Positions 29,300 through 44,182 of a stretch of 64,000 bases of DNA are shown here, piece after piece. Each line of letters opens with the position of its first letter. Within the stretch, counting starts at the first letter, position 1. A program made the position numbers and the translations under genes. The notes beneath the pieces were generated by a model. That model was not told the origin of the DNA. It saw only the letters and a program-made list of their open reading frames with translations, and searched no databases. The stretch comes from the human T2T-CHM13v2.0 reference genome, Homo sapiens, in assembly GCF_009914755.1 (NCBI RefSeq), contig NC_060947.1; one strand, written 5' to 3'.

Positions 29300-30706
29300 T
29301 CTGTTAAAACCCGGAATTGATTAAGCACTCAGCAGTTCAAATATTCATTTCACTCTGCGATCTTGGGCAAATTACTTAATCCTTGCATGCCTCAGTTTCC
29401 CTCTCTGTAAAATAGGGATAATAGAACATGAATCCAAAGGAGAATTTCAGCTGCATTTATCAGACCCATGACAGGAATGGTGGGAATCCTGATCCCCTGC
29501 TTTATACAGAACCTGCAACTAACTCCAAGTAGGATCAGGAATTTGACCTCATTCAGGCAATAAAATAGTGGCACATGCATGTTCCATCTCATCTTTCAAA
29601 CTAAATCATTTTTTCAAGAAGATTGGTAAAGAGACAAAAATACAAAAAGGAAATCTAGAGGATACTGGCTTTGCAGGAAAAGGATAAGCAGCAACCCAAG
29701 CTACTGTATTTAAAGAATCTGTCTTTACTGCCTTTAAAGAAGACAGTTCTCAAGTAGAAAATTTTCCATATCTTTGCAAATGAAGGCATGGAACCTGTGT
29801 GCACTCTGCATCAAATATGAAGCTCCGCGGAGACCTGACCTCCAGGCATGGTGCCAGAGCCACGTGTTCAGGCAAAGAAGCAATACCATGCACATTGTAT
29901 CACTAATGAAAATACTACTTCTTGGTCCTAAGCCATAATATATCTCATCATGAGGATTCCCACTCCCAGGCACTGAGTTGAGAAGAGACAAGTCTCGAGG
30001 GCTTGTTAGTAATTACCTTAACAATTCTTCCCCCAAATACAGGTCAGTTAACCCCAGGCAGATGTGCCAGGCATGATCTGCTACTGTAAAGAGAAGAATA
30101 TCATAGAAGCTTGTAACCTTCCTATCTTTTATCCTCCTTTTTTAACTCCAAAAGGAATAAACCACCCATTCTTATGGGTCCTGACCTTCAAATGAAAATA
30201 TATCATTCCCCCAAATCAGCACAAACCATCATGGGCAGATGTCTCATGCTGCATCCTAATGCAATTAGTAGCGCTAGTCAATGTGGCAGGTTCCTAGAAC
30301 CGATTTTCCCAGAATGGATGGGGCTATGCTGATTCACCCATTGTCCTGTGCCTTTGTAATCCGTCTCAGGTCTCTTTGTGAGGCAGTTGGGTTACAGTTA
30401 TGGGAAAAATCTATGCAGCAGAATTATTCTAATTGGATAGAATACACTATTCTGGCCTCATTAGTACTACATTCCAAACAACTGAGTTAACTGGCCATAG
30501 ATGGGCTATTATATTATGGGTCTATGTATACTGACATCAAGTGTTCTAGCTCATACTGGTTCAAGGTGTATGCCCAAACCCAACTCCTGTGCACTGAGAG
30601 AGTATATTTTTTCACACTTCTGGTGGAGCAAAGGATGAGACTCAGATCATCAGATCATCCTGAAGAAGGAAATATTTTCTTAATGAATAGTTTGTATGTC
30701 TTAAGC

Positions 30707-30910
30707 CAGTGGTTCTCAGCCCTAACTACACATGAGAATCATCTCAGAATCTTCTTCTTGTAAAACATAAAAATAAAAATACTGTCACCAAGGACCCACT
30801 CCAAGAGATTCTGAGGTAATTAGCCTGGAATTGGACCCAGGCACTGGGTGATTTTTTTAAAAAGCTTTCCAGGAAATTTTAGTGTACCTCCGGGGTGGCA
30901 AGTAACTGTC
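30707..30910. mobile_element. MER5-family DNA transposon
   Basis: ccagtggttctcagcc...agagattctg...ggacccaggca...tttccagg. Confidence 0.75.
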
Positions 30911-33148
30911 TTGAGCAAAGGACTGGCCACAGGCTCTGACCTAATGTGCTGCATTTTCTAAAGCAAGCCCAGCTGTTTAGAAGATGTCATTTCTTTTGTC
31001 AGATTACCTGCCAAGGTCATCTCAATATGGGATAAAGAACCACAGAAGAAATACATTCTTTAAAATAATACAAGAGCTTTTTTTTTTGCATGAATGTATT
31101 GGCTCCTAGTTAGCCTTATTTAATCAAAATTTGCTTGACATTATTCCAATACCTTCTCTAAGTATGCTAAATGGCAAACAACATGAAACATTTGAGAGAG
31201 GAAATTTTCTCTAAATGTCACATTAATTTCACTAGGAAATGTCCCCATTTCTAATCAGACAGCCAGGTTAACACAAGAACACAGCAAAGAGATAAGAACA
31301 ACATTTGCTTTGGAAAAACCTAATTGTCACATTAAAAAAAAATGGGTCTAGAGCAAACTTTTTTATTTCATCTCAGTGGTAAATAAGAGTCACTTTCTTA
31401 TTATTTAGTATATTTATCACAAATTCTTTTTCTAATTCGAATTCTTTATCCTTGGGTATAACACTGAAAGCAGGTGTCTCACATGACCTAGGTTTAATAA
31501 AATGTTGATTTTTAAAAATTCTCAAACAATAAATAATTCTAGACAGCTCAGTTTTCCAGATAGCTTAGGGTGTTATCCTTTAAGAACCAAAACTTTGATT
31601 TAAAATCCTAACCATCTGCCTTGTTTCTGAAACATATCACAAAGTTGCCCTCCTTAAAATAGGGTATAAAAAACATAATTTAACCACTTATTGGTTACTT
31701 AGGAGCATCTTTATAAATGTAAATTATTACCCCATGCAGATTTTGCCTGTATACTCAAGGACCCCAAACTGCTGTGGTTTTTTTCTTGTCTTTAATTTTT
31801 AACATAGGATCGTCACCAACCTTCTATCAAACACAGCGTTTTTAACTTTTCAGTGCTGTTGGTATATCAAAAGTAGCTTTTCTTCCATTTCAAGTTTGAT
31901 GCTTTTACTCTACTGTGTTCTTGGAAACTATACAATTATATTTGTGTCTAGAAAAAAAAGAGTTGTAACGTTCTGCATAGACAGCTGAGATGTTGCGCTC
32001 CTAAGGGGGAAATCACATGATCTTTAATATAGGGACCTTTGTGCAATGTTTTGATTTTCGTTGTTTGTTTCTGTGTTTGTTTGTTAGCTGCTTGGGAGCT
32101 TTCTTTGCTTACTACTTGCTGTTCTCAGGTCCCTTCTGGATATAGGAGGATTCTAGTAAGACGTTTGGGTGGGGGATATGTTATTACATTTCTACGTTAG
32201 TAAGTCTGGCATATCAGAAGTCAAATACTTCCACTTTGTCAGGCCCCCAAGGTACCAGAGAATGCCCTACTTTAATTGTCATTTTGCATTACTTTTACAG
32301 TTCACTGAATCGTGCCCTAGTCTCTAGAAGAGTGACTGCAGCTCTCTCAGCACCACATTTATCAGCAGAGAGACTTCAAACCTAAGGAGAAGGAAGCCCA
32401 ATAAATGCAGATATCCAGGACTAGACTCTTTGTCCAGTGGCACAAATCCCAGGTCACTATACCAAGCAAAAAAAAAAAAGGTTGCAGACATTGGGATTAA
32501 AACTGAGGTTACTCAAATCTTTAGATTTTCATTTGAAAATGAACGAACTTTTAAGTTACACTTTTAAAGTCCCATCGAGCTGAAAAGCATTATAACTATA
32601 ATTTGCTACCTAATTTTTTAAAGTTTTTAACTCTTAAGTCATTTTAGCAATCAAAACAGGAAAACTGGAATCCCGTATCAGATACACAACAAAGTGATTA
32701 TAAAACGCTGCTTCTTTTTTTAACTGCTGACTTCCAATAATGATAATTGTGCCTATTGATCCATAATGAAAAGACACATAACCTTTCCTAAAGCTGGTTG
32801 CTGTTTTAGATGTTCAAATGGTCATCTCCTCACAAAGATGGCTTTTGGAAATGAGATAATAAATAGTTTTTGCCTACTTCCTACCCCCAACACATAAAAA
32901 TGAATATGCAAATTCTGTATAAAAATAAAGCTGACGTGCCTCCAGCTAGAATGTATATTCAAAGACTCATCCATCCAGACAGCAGCAACTGAAGCAGGAA
33001 TTAGTGAAGGTGGAATAAAAGGCACCATCCCCAGCTGCCAACATTACAAAGTTCATATTTGCCCTGAACTAGAAAACGTGCTAGGTAAACTCCTACTAAC
33101 CACTTATTGTCAGTTGTATGCTCCCCACACACCCCAGCCCTAATTCAT

Positions 33149-33180
<32 letters not shown>

Positions 33181-33207
33181 TCACACGCACACACACAAAC
33201 ACACACA
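33149..33207. repeat. (CT)n(CA)n compound microsatellite
   Basis: Visible dinucleotide runs. Confidence 0.92.
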
Positions 33208-33829
33208 GTTTGACTACAGAAAGCAATGTGGTATAGTGGGGACAGCTGGATTCTCTCCCTAGGATTGTCATTAACTTACAGATGACCTTGGATGAATCAC
33301 ATTAACCCTCTTGAGGCCTTAATTTATCTTTCTTTAAAATGAGGAGAATAACCAAAAGGACTCCATGTTGCCTTCAAGCTCCACAATTCTAGGCTTCTAA
33401 AACAAAGTGATTCTTAATTTATTCATTTATCTATCCAGTAAGCATGAACCAAACCCTGGGAATTAAAAAAAAATAGCCTGCACCTTCAAGGAGCTCACAA
33501 ACTAATGGATCTTTTACCAGAGATGATCAAAATGTCAGACATTCAGGTAAATACACATACACAGACTGGCACCTATGTACCTGCAGATACAGGCATATAC
33601 TTGTACGCAGGCTACTGGACTGCAACTTGGAGAATTACACTGCTACTTTGTAGAACTAAATAACACCCTAATGGCTCAATGGCTGTAGGTGACTCACATG
33701 GGAGAATTTGGCCCTCATATGTGTCATATGTACATAACCCCCATCATAAAAGGCAAGAAATCTCCCTATCCTATCAAATAGGTTATACAATTCATAACGT
33801 TCTTAGAAATAGCCCATATTATCTGTCCT

Positions 33830-34290
33830 TTTGGCTCCATTTCCACAGCCTTCATCACCTTGTGTCATTTTTTTCTCACCTGCATTTGTTCTACCTCATT
33901 CTGCAAAATGCTGTTTGGAAAATCTTCCTCACCCACTATTTTCATCACATCACTTCTCTTTTCAAGACCTTACAGTAGCTCCTTGTTGCAATTAACATTA
34001 AATCTACATGAAGTCCTTAGCTAAGCAGTCATCCAACACAAGCCATCTAATTTCCCTCATTTCTAATATATCTCCATCACTGATCATCCCACGTTCCTTA
34101 GCATTTTCTCAGCACTTTGTATACAGACTGTACAATGTAATTATGCATTTCCTCAGGTTCTATGATTATTTCATGTGTAGTGTGTCAGTTCATCCCTCAA
34201 CGGGACTGGAAGCTCTCTTTTGAGGTCCCTGTGCCATCTGCCACAACGCTAAACATTTAGCATGCGTTCATATAATGCATCAATGAATGA
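33830..34290. mobile_element. L2 LINE fragment
   Basis: catcacatcacttctcttttcaagaccttacagtagctcc... ending in an aatgaatga-like L2 tail. Confidence 0.6.
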
Positions 34291-35999
34291 TCAGAGAAGA
34301 GATGGAAGGGATTAAGAATGAGGCTACTTATCACAATTAAGGCAGGTGACGAAGTTTATTAGGCCAAGGTGGTTCTACTTCTTCAGAAAGCATCCACTCT
34401 GCACACTGCCTTCTGTAGTTACAATTTGTTCACTGTTATCACTCCCAACTACTACCTTATAAATACACAATAGCCTATATATAACTGAAAGGGATAAGAT
34501 GACACAGTTAGGTGCCTTCTGCCCATCTAACTCCATCAGTCCTGCCACATCTCTGGGAATGGTGGTGACAACATATGATAGTGTTCCTGAACCCAATTTG
34601 ATAGCGTTTCTGTGAGAAGACGAGGGTTCACCAGAATGTAGACCTCTGAGTCACAGACGGACAGTGTGGCAGCTACTTTTCTACAGGTGGTAAACAACTC
34701 TAGCATCCCAGTGACTGTCAGGACAGGACTATCAATGAGAAACACAGGCCATGTGGTTAACATTCAACAAATTAAATTGAAAGAATTCCCCTCCTAGCAG
34801 CCTCTCATCGTCATTGCTATTGTTTCACTGGCACCATTGATGTGGTCACCCTACCTAGAGGTGGCAAAGATGGCTTAGGGAAAGCACTTTTCTTTGCTCT
34901 CATCTTTGGGTCAAAGTTATGCCTTTAGAAGAGCAACCCAGTTGTGAATTTCACTACAGAGGCCTCCTTGAGAAACCTAGCAGCTGTCTGCAGTAAACCA
35001 TACAATTCAAAGCCTGCTGAAAGACGAGCTTAAACACCATGCCATAAAACAAATACAGGCTTCTGAATAAGGCCCTCGACCCTTTTCTAAGTCCTTTGTG
35101 GGGCATAGTGCACTCTGAAATAGTATCTGCTTATAGAAAGCTCTCTGGAACCAGTTAATGCCTATTATATGTACAAATGCAGAATCAACAATATCTCAGT
35201 ATGAGTAAGAGTACCTCAAGAGCAAATAAAATGAAAAATTCAGTCATGTAAGTCAAACTATTTAATCCCATGTAAACAGAATTTAATGGAGAACCAAATA
35301 GCTCTCAACCACATTTGCCAGTGGAACAAATTCTGGAGTCCAATCGCCCTACCAAACATGTAACTACAACACATTAAAGCTATTTTGCAGGCACAGAGTG
35401 CCTTTCATCCCCAAATATCAAAGCACTTTACAAGCAAGTGCCAACTGTTATTTCCCCTTTAAAGAGCCATGAAAACAAACACACACGTTAAGTGCTACAG
35501 CCACATTAAGTACTAACTCAGCTAGAGCATGCCGCAACAAGGACAATAAGAGAAACCCCAGGAGCACCGTTTTTGGCATTTTCTGCTACTGGGATAGGAA
35601 GCAATCAGAAAACAGTAACATCAGGGAAGTGATTAGCCTGCTTCCTACCTATGTTTCTCTGAGTGATTTCCTTGGCTAATTCCAATGAAAGAGTCAGGGG
35701 ACTATAGTCCAGCAGTTAGACAAAGGAAAAACTTGGCACACACTAACTGGAAATCATTCTCCAGACCTAGCTGGAGGGCCTACTCACAGAGCCCAAGGGA
35801 TCCAGAAATGAGCCACTTTGTTCCCTGAAACCTTGGTGACCATTTTGGTTGCCCTTTAGAGGCAATGGCAACCATTGTTAGAAGGTGACCTAAGATGTAA
35901 GATTAATAGTCATGATGGTGGTTTCAATTTTAGAAGCTATGATTTGGTAAAGCTGGTCAAACTGACAATAAGAAACCCATATAAGATCTCCCACAAGAG

Positions 36000-36229
36000 G
36001 GTTGGGCATTGTGGCTCATGCCTGTAACCCCAATGACTTGGAAGACTGAGGTGGGAGGATCGCTTAAGGCCAGGAGTTCAAGACCAGCCTGGGCAACATA
36101 GCGAGAGCCCATCTCTAATAAAGAAATAAATATACACATATATACATATACATAATATATATACATATATGTACACACATATAAGAGTGTGTGTGTGTGT
36201 GTGTATGTGTGTGTGTGTGTGTCTGTGTA
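36000..36229 (+). mobile_element. FLAM monomer whose tail became a (TA)n/(TG)n microsatellite
   Basis: TSD atctcccacaag at 35986-35997 and 36230-36241 encloses both monomer and microsatellite. Confidence 0.88.
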
Positions 36230-38905
36230 ATCTCCCACAAGCAATGGGATCCAGAAACCCACAGTATGAGCTCTCCTGGATCCAGCCTACCTTTGAGCCC
36301 TTCTGGCTCACAGAAGGACTAGCACCCTCAGAACCTGAGCTGGTCCATTCCTTTCTGCTAAATTCTATTATATCAGTGCCTCAGTTCTCTGCCACTTACC
36401 AGCTACAGAGCCCTGACTGCCTGCGGAGTGTGCAGAGTACAATTTCTATTGAGTAAGCTTTGTCAGCTGAAAAGACTTTCAAAATATTTAGAGAGAAAGC
36501 GGTGGGTGGCCTTGTGCCTTTGGGCCAAAACAACACCCCCAAATTCTGTTCCAACCCCAATCCCATTATTTATATTATGTGCCACTAAAAACCCAGTTGC
36601 CTCTACAAGCTTATTTAAGACTGAAGGAGCAACAGCCTTTGGCATATCATTCTAAATTCATTTCCCTTGTACCAGCTTGTTGCTCAAGCCCGTAAAATGT
36701 GATCATGCTGACAAAAAACAATCAAGTGATAGACCATCTTGGAAACAGTGAATGCATTAGCTTCTAATATTGATGTTTTCTAATTAGATACAATACAATA
36801 GATCATTTTCTTGTTTGTGATCAATGAAACCTGCCATAGTTCTCTTTTGTCGCAGATATTGTGATTACTGCCTTGGCAAACAGAGGGGTGTCTCAGTACA
36901 CTGAAATGAGTAGAGTCAAGGATATGTACACACAGCATTCACTTATATTTACTGTCACAAAAAATATAAACAGATTATTTATTTCTGACCTTTAAGTACT
37001 CATTTCAGATTTAATGAGGCACAATAAACATTTCTCAAACTCAGATTCCATGGTTGCTTAACACTGGCAGCCCTCTAATTATGACTGTAGTAAATAAAGG
37101 GCATTTGGCTCTGTTGAAATTATTAGGCACAGAAGGAAACCCACAGGAGCCTCCAGTTTCTAGCAACTTAAACAAGCATTGCAGCAAATCAGCGTTGGAG
37201 GCAAGATAGACCTTATACTTTGGCATCACTTCATAAACCATAACTGACAAGCAATAAGAAGATGACTCAAAAAATAATAATAGAAATGTTTTCTCATTCT
37301 CTAAAATACCCCACCTGTCCTTCTCCCAAATCCTCACAGTGCTTCTCATTTTATTTGGGAAGGGGGATGAGGAGGGATGAGGGTGGGTTAGAATTTGATC
37401 TGATTTAAAATAGAGATTAACCAAAAGGCTACTATAATCTGACATGAGAGTGCTGGCAACCATGCATAGAAAGCCATAATTACCCTTCACAAAGTGGCTA
37501 ATATCATCAGCATCTTGAAACTGCCAGAGTATTAGAAATCTGTAATGCAGTTATGCAAGGCACCAACAGAACAATTACTGAAGCACCTTGTATTTCTATG
37601 AAATCTTTTATCACAAAGACTTCCAGAATGTCTAACTGCCTATTATAAAAAGGGTTCATTCCCCCCACAGCTGAAACACAATAGTCATTTTGCACCAGTA
37701 ATGGTAAGCATAAAAGATTGCAAAAGAGAGAAAAACTACTAAACCTTAGAAAAACCACATAAAGAAGAAGAATGTTTTTAGATAGGGAGAAAACAGACAT
37801 CCAAGTTCATAACTGGGGCTGAAGGTAGCTACATTTTCTCAGATCTCATGGCACAAAATTGAAGAATTTTCCTTCCCATCCAGCCAGCAAGACTTTCATG
37901 AGGTGCTGAATGACCGTAATGGAGCAGATGCTTCCTGTTAATAAGAATTAGCATTTGAAAATGCACACAATACAAAAAAACTTGCCTTTTCTTTTTCTCA
38001 AAGCCTTTTAAACAACATTAACTATTTAATCCCCCTGCTGCCTTTATGAGCTAAATAAATATTATTAACCCTGTTAACGGCATTACAGAAGAGGTCAAGA
38101 GACTTGCCCTCTACTACATAGAAGCATCTAGCATCTGCAACTAGAATTTGAGAGTCTTCCTGCCAGGTCCTGCGCTCACACCACTAGGCCACACCTCATT
38201 AGGATTCTGGAAAATGCAGTGAAATCAAAGTAAATAGGACTGGCTGACGAGGTATACTATTTGGGAGAAAAAAAATACACTAGCCTGCTTAAACACGACA
38301 GGTTCAAAGGCAGTGAACACAACCAGAGCAATTTCCTCCTGCAGGAAGATTAAGAAATGAAATAATGAGGGGAACACCTCACTCTACCTCTACCATCAGA
38401 CTCCCAGCAGCAAAAATCAGGACCAATTTTAAACTTAACTTTCAAAAAACAAAAGTTAACACTGTCAGAAACATAACGCTGTACTGTGTCAGACAGCATA
38501 CTCCTCAACCAGTGTGGTTGATGTGTCCTTTCCTTTCCCCACATTGTTCTCAGCTTCCTCCCTCCACAGCTCTCTCTTGGTCAATTTTTCAAATATGTTT
38601 AGAGACCCCTTTCTTCTTTCACTCTTATGTACACACCTTTCTCTCGAAGGAAGCTGGTACACCCTTTCCTCATCCTGGTCGGCTCAATACCTGTGTCTAT
38701 TTGATAGCAAAGAAACACTTTTATCGGGGCTAAACCAGTAGAAACAGGTGTGGGCAGTCATTTCTTAACTGTGTGTGTGTGTCTATATATACGTATATTA
38801 TATATAATTTTTGTGAAGGAAACAATGATGTACCTTTGTGTATAGGTATTTTTAAATGTTGGTTCCTGGTAGACCCAGCTTCATTTAGGGTCAAAAGTTA
38901 CTCTG

Positions 38906-39235
<330 letters not shown>

Positions 39236-39417
39236 TTATAAGCTTCAAAAAAAAAAGCACATAAGAAAAAAATGTAAAAGAAAAATCCTACAAAGCCTCC
39301 AATCACAGAGCCTTCAAGATGAAAATAGAAAAAGTTCTTACTAGCTGTGTGCCCTTGCAGACATCATGGAGCCTCTCTGACTCTTGATTTCCTAATCTAT
39401 AAAATGGAAATAATATC

Positions 39418-39742
<325 letters not shown>

Positions 39743-40007
39743 CTAGGGGATTTTTTTTTTTAGGACCAAATGTGCAAGCACTTTCCAAAACTGTGAATCA
39801 CCAGACAAATGGCAAGTCTTCTTACCAGGTCGTAAACTTGATTTCTTCTGAATATTTATTTCTATGTCCAACTAAACTCCCATTGAATATTGTGAATAGT
39901 TTTCTTTCTGAGGTTTCCTACTAGGATATTTTATCTCAGTCTCCCTTTATCTACGCTATCAGAAAAAGAATAATGTGATGAAGAGTTGTGTTTTTGGCAT
40001 GGGAAGT

Positions 40008-40169
40008 TTTATATATATATATATATATATATGGGCATATAATATATATTCTGTACATGATAAATATATATAAAACATATTTTATATATAATATATTTAT
40101 TTTATATATAATATATTTATTTTATATATATAAATAATATATATATAAAATAAATATATTATATACCCA
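40008..40169. repeat. AT-rich tandem and palindromic repeat
   Basis: (TA)n, about 2.6 copies of the 20-mer ttttatatataatatattta, and 28-bp inverted arms. Confidence 0.92.
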
Positions 40170-40239
40170 ACTTCTCTAATTGCTGATTCAATAGGAATAC
40201 AAGGAGCCCCATCTACCACAGCAGACACTTTAGGTAGAA

Positions 40240-40247
40240 TGTGCGTG

Positions 40248-40305
<58 letters not shown>

Positions 40306-40321
40306 GGAGAGAGAAAGAGAG
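40240..40321. repeat. (TG)n(AG)n compound microsatellite
   Basis: Visible dinucleotide runs. Confidence 0.95.
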
Positions 40322-40711
40322 CTAAAACTCAGCTTAAAGAGAGTTGAAATTACCTCACACCATCTGAAATTATGTGAAAAGCAAGATTTCAGACATTTTA
40401 AAAGCTTTTATAAACTAGTTTTCTTCGACCCATTTTCTTCCTTCATCATGATTGAACTGTCACAGAGTACCCTTTCTTTACGGCAGGGTTGGGGGAGGGG
40501 AGTGAGGGAACCTCATGCCATGGTTGAGTAACACACATTAGCATGCATAATTCAGAGTTGTCGGCTGGAAAGGAGCCATTCAAGGGCTAGTGCAGTATTT
40601 GGATAGGAAAACAGGGTTAAAGGACAGGGGCAAATTGACCAGAGCTTTCTATGATCCAACTCAGGACCTCCTTGGAGCCTGACTGTGGGCTCACACTACC
40701 ATTCCTCAGGG

Positions 40712-40915
40712 GGGTGCTGTCCAATAGCATAGACATTAGCCACATGTAGCTAGTTAAATTTAAATTCACAAAATTTAAATTAAATTAAAATTTTAGTTTT
40801 TCAATCATAGTAGCCACATTCCAAGTGCTCAGTAACCACATGTGGCTACCATGTCCTGGACAGAGCAGACATAGAACATTTCCATCATCACAGAAAGTTC
40901 TACTGGACAGCAGTA
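40712..40915. mobile_element. MER3/MER33-family hAT-Charlie element
   Basis: Terminal inverted repeats gctgtccaatag...ctactggacagc; internal tagccacatgt and tagccacattccaagtgctca. Confidence 0.85.
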
Positions 40916-43774
40916 CCTTAGAGAGAAACCGGAGGCTTGTCACCCAGGATTCGCCGGTTCTGAAATGTTACCTAAGGAAATATAAGGAATATACTTACCT
41001 CTATCACATCACCTAACACATTGTGTTGCTTAGTTATATCTCACCCCCACTAGGTTGGAGAACTCCTTAAGGGCAAGAACCACACCTTTAGTATTGGTAT
41101 CTTCAGTGCCTGTCACTGTCCCTGGCACTGGCTAAATGCTCACCCACTGTTGGTTAACTGATTAACAGCTGATAGGAACCTCTCACCTGTCTCTTTCATA
41201 GATTGAATCAGAAATGCAAAGTTTGCAAAGCTCTTTTAAGAAAGGCTGATGTGCTTCCTAGACTTGTATTTCTTTCAACATTTCCCAAGAACTTAGTAGA
41301 AAAAACTGGCTTTAAGTCAAAACCAAACTAATGTTGTTTCCCCATCCCTCTATTCCCATTCCATTGAAATGCCAATGTGTAATATACATAATATTGAACA
41401 TGATATAATCCACACCTTCAAAGACAATGTTTCACAATCTAGCACAATGAGAAACACCTGTAGAACTGTGTATCTCAATGTCCCAATTTTAAAAATTATT
41501 TTCTCAAATAACACCTTGCATTAATATAGCAATTTTTTTTTTTACAAAGCCTTGACCTATGCTCCCTTCTAATAACCACAACAGTCTGCAGATGTATATA
41601 GGCAAAATACTCCTTTCCCCTTTTAACAGATGGAAAAACTGAGGCCCAAAAGTTTCTGAATCCATGATCATAGCCAATTACTGGCAGAGTCAGAGCAAGA
41701 ACCTAAGACTCCTTCTTTCCAAACCAGGGGACCTTCCACCCAGTCTAAATTTATAAACAGTAGAAAATGGAAGCCCAATTGGCTCACTTACTGTTTTTGC
41801 TTTCAATCTATAGTCCCTTTTGAGATCTATCCTTCATAAATTAAAAAATATATATTTTTATGCAATATTAATTATTTCTTCAGGCCATGGTAGAGCCTAC
41901 AGTAGCTTTATTGCCAAATGTAGTCATTTGCAAAGGTTCTCGAAATCATTACTGCAACCTGACAATGCTATGCTGTCCACTGAAAGCTTTGAAAAACTGA
42001 AAAATTCCCCTTTGGGCTCATGAACAATCACAGAATATATACTCGTAAAGCATTAAAATTCAATATGACCTTAGAGTTCATCTAATCTATTATCTCTCTT
42101 GCACACGCGCACACACAAACGTGTGCGTGCACACACACAATATTTTGAAGATAAGGAAATGGGCCCAGAGAAACTTACAACCACCCCCAAAGCAACGCAG
42201 CTGGTTATTGGAAACTCAGGCATGGATTCAGAACTGAGCTCTTCTGACATTCTCTCTACTTGCCCAGCTCCTTCTTGTTAGTTCTCTTAAGAAATCCTGG
42301 AAGAATAAAACCTAATACTCAAAGTCTTGTCAACTAAATTTCTCATGGGAGGAAAAAAGTGAAATTTAGTGTAAATTATGTTTGTAGATCACTTCTTCTC
42401 AATACCCTATCATTAAGAAAAGTAATTGTTCCTAGGGATACTGTAGAAAGAGGATGTATGATCCACCCAAGGAAATAGACTGCCTTTAGCTGAGTGATCC
42501 AGAGAATATTGAATGATAAAGCTCTGTGAAATACGGCCTCATTCTAGCAAACAACTTGCTTTGTTGCCACTTAAATTGCTCATTTATAATTGCTAGAGAT
42601 AAACTGCAATCAAAATACAGTATCTTCTATTAGTTTTGCCCACTGGGGATTGTTTGATCGTAGTGAAATTATCTAAAAGGTAAATTTTCTCATTTTTACT
42701 GCCTCAGTGGAAAGAAACTCTCTGGCATTAGACCACCAAGGGGAGCTGGAATGATGACAAGTATTGCTCCCTGGTGAAGGGAGCATTTTTCCTCTCTAAA
42801 TAGTACTGAGCAACTAACTATAACCTTCTGCCTTTGCAACTAACACCTAAGTAGAAAAGGGAAAATCTGTTCTGCTCACTTCCTAAAAGCATCCATCTCA
42901 GGCTTACTTGCTTTCCCGTGTTGGAGTCATACCTTTGCAGTTCAGATTTCAGTAATTCATATTTGGTGAGCATTCGGATAGAGCTAGGCTGCTGTTTCTA
43001 TTTTTATAAAGGTTTGCTGGGCAAATTGTGGTATAAACAAGGTTACAAGGAAAATGTTTAAACTAACAAGAATAAATTGTTTTTAGGCACTTTAGAAGCA
43101 ATTTACAAACAATAAGTATGTTAATTGCACATCATTCTTATTTATTCATTAAAACAAGTCCAAGGACTTCTACTTGGCAAAACTTCCTGGCACAGACTTT
43201 ATTAGTCTACTTCTTCTCATTCTATGAACTTGAAAGTAATAAAATTGCATTTCTTTTCTACCAGTAATTCTGACTGCCCTACCACCAAATAAGTCTCAAT
43301 CAGACTTGACTATGCCATATAAAGCATGAGTAAAATGAAAAGCCATCAGCCCCGGATCAAAAGACAAAAAAGTCACTGAAGATCCTGCACTGTTTAAGAC
43401 TTCTCTTTGCACAAGGTGCAGGCAACCAGTAATGAAAAGGGATAGATGGAATCGATGAGAAGGGTAGAAGAAAAAGGCAAAAACAGATCATTCAGAGGCT
43501 TCCCCACAATTGAAAAGATTTGCCTCATGCTCCCTAGCTGTCCTCGACTGACTGTTGCAGAACAAATGACAGCTTGTACAGCTCAGGGCTGAAATAATTT
43601 AATTCAATTCAACAAATACTGTTAAGACTATGTGTCAGGCCCCATGGGAGACGCTAGGGATCTGGAGATTAACCCGATTCCACTCCTGCCCTCAAGGAGT
43701 TCACATTTCTAGTGCTGGGGACAGTTAAATGGAGAGACAATTATAATGCAGGGTTGTAAGTGCTACCATAGTGG

Positions 43775-44182
43775 TATCTCAGTCTATTTGTGCTACTATA
43801 ACAAAATACCTGAGACTAGGAAATTTATAAAGAAAGGAAATTTATTTATCACAGTTCTGGAGGCTGGGAAGTCCCAGATCAAGGTATCAATAGATTTGGT
43901 GTCTGATGAGAGCTGCTCTCTGCTTCCAAGATGTTACCTTGTTGCTGTATCTTTCTCTGGACGGGAGGAACACTGTGTCCTCACAAGACAGAAGATGGAA
44001 GGACAAAAAGGTGCTGGTTGGTTCCCTGGAGCCATTTTGCAGGGCCAATAATCCCATTCATAAGGGTGGAACCCTCATGACTTAATCACCTCTTAAAGGC
44101 TCCACCTTTTAATACTATCACATTGGGTCTTAGGTCCCCAACATATAAATTTGTGGGGAACACCAACATTTAGGCCATAGCA
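43775..44182 (-). mobile_element. ERVL-MaLR solo LTR (MST family) inserted in an L2 fragment
   Basis: ctataacaaaatacctgagact...cacagttctggaggctgggaagtcc...ccatagca; TSD agtgg. Confidence 0.88.

Noticed and set aside
27670-34870. CTCF-like words at ~27672 (tccacagggggtgc) and ~34856 (cctagaggtggca)
   Set aside because: Several mismatches to the core motif; cannot be supported without PWM scoring or ChIP data.
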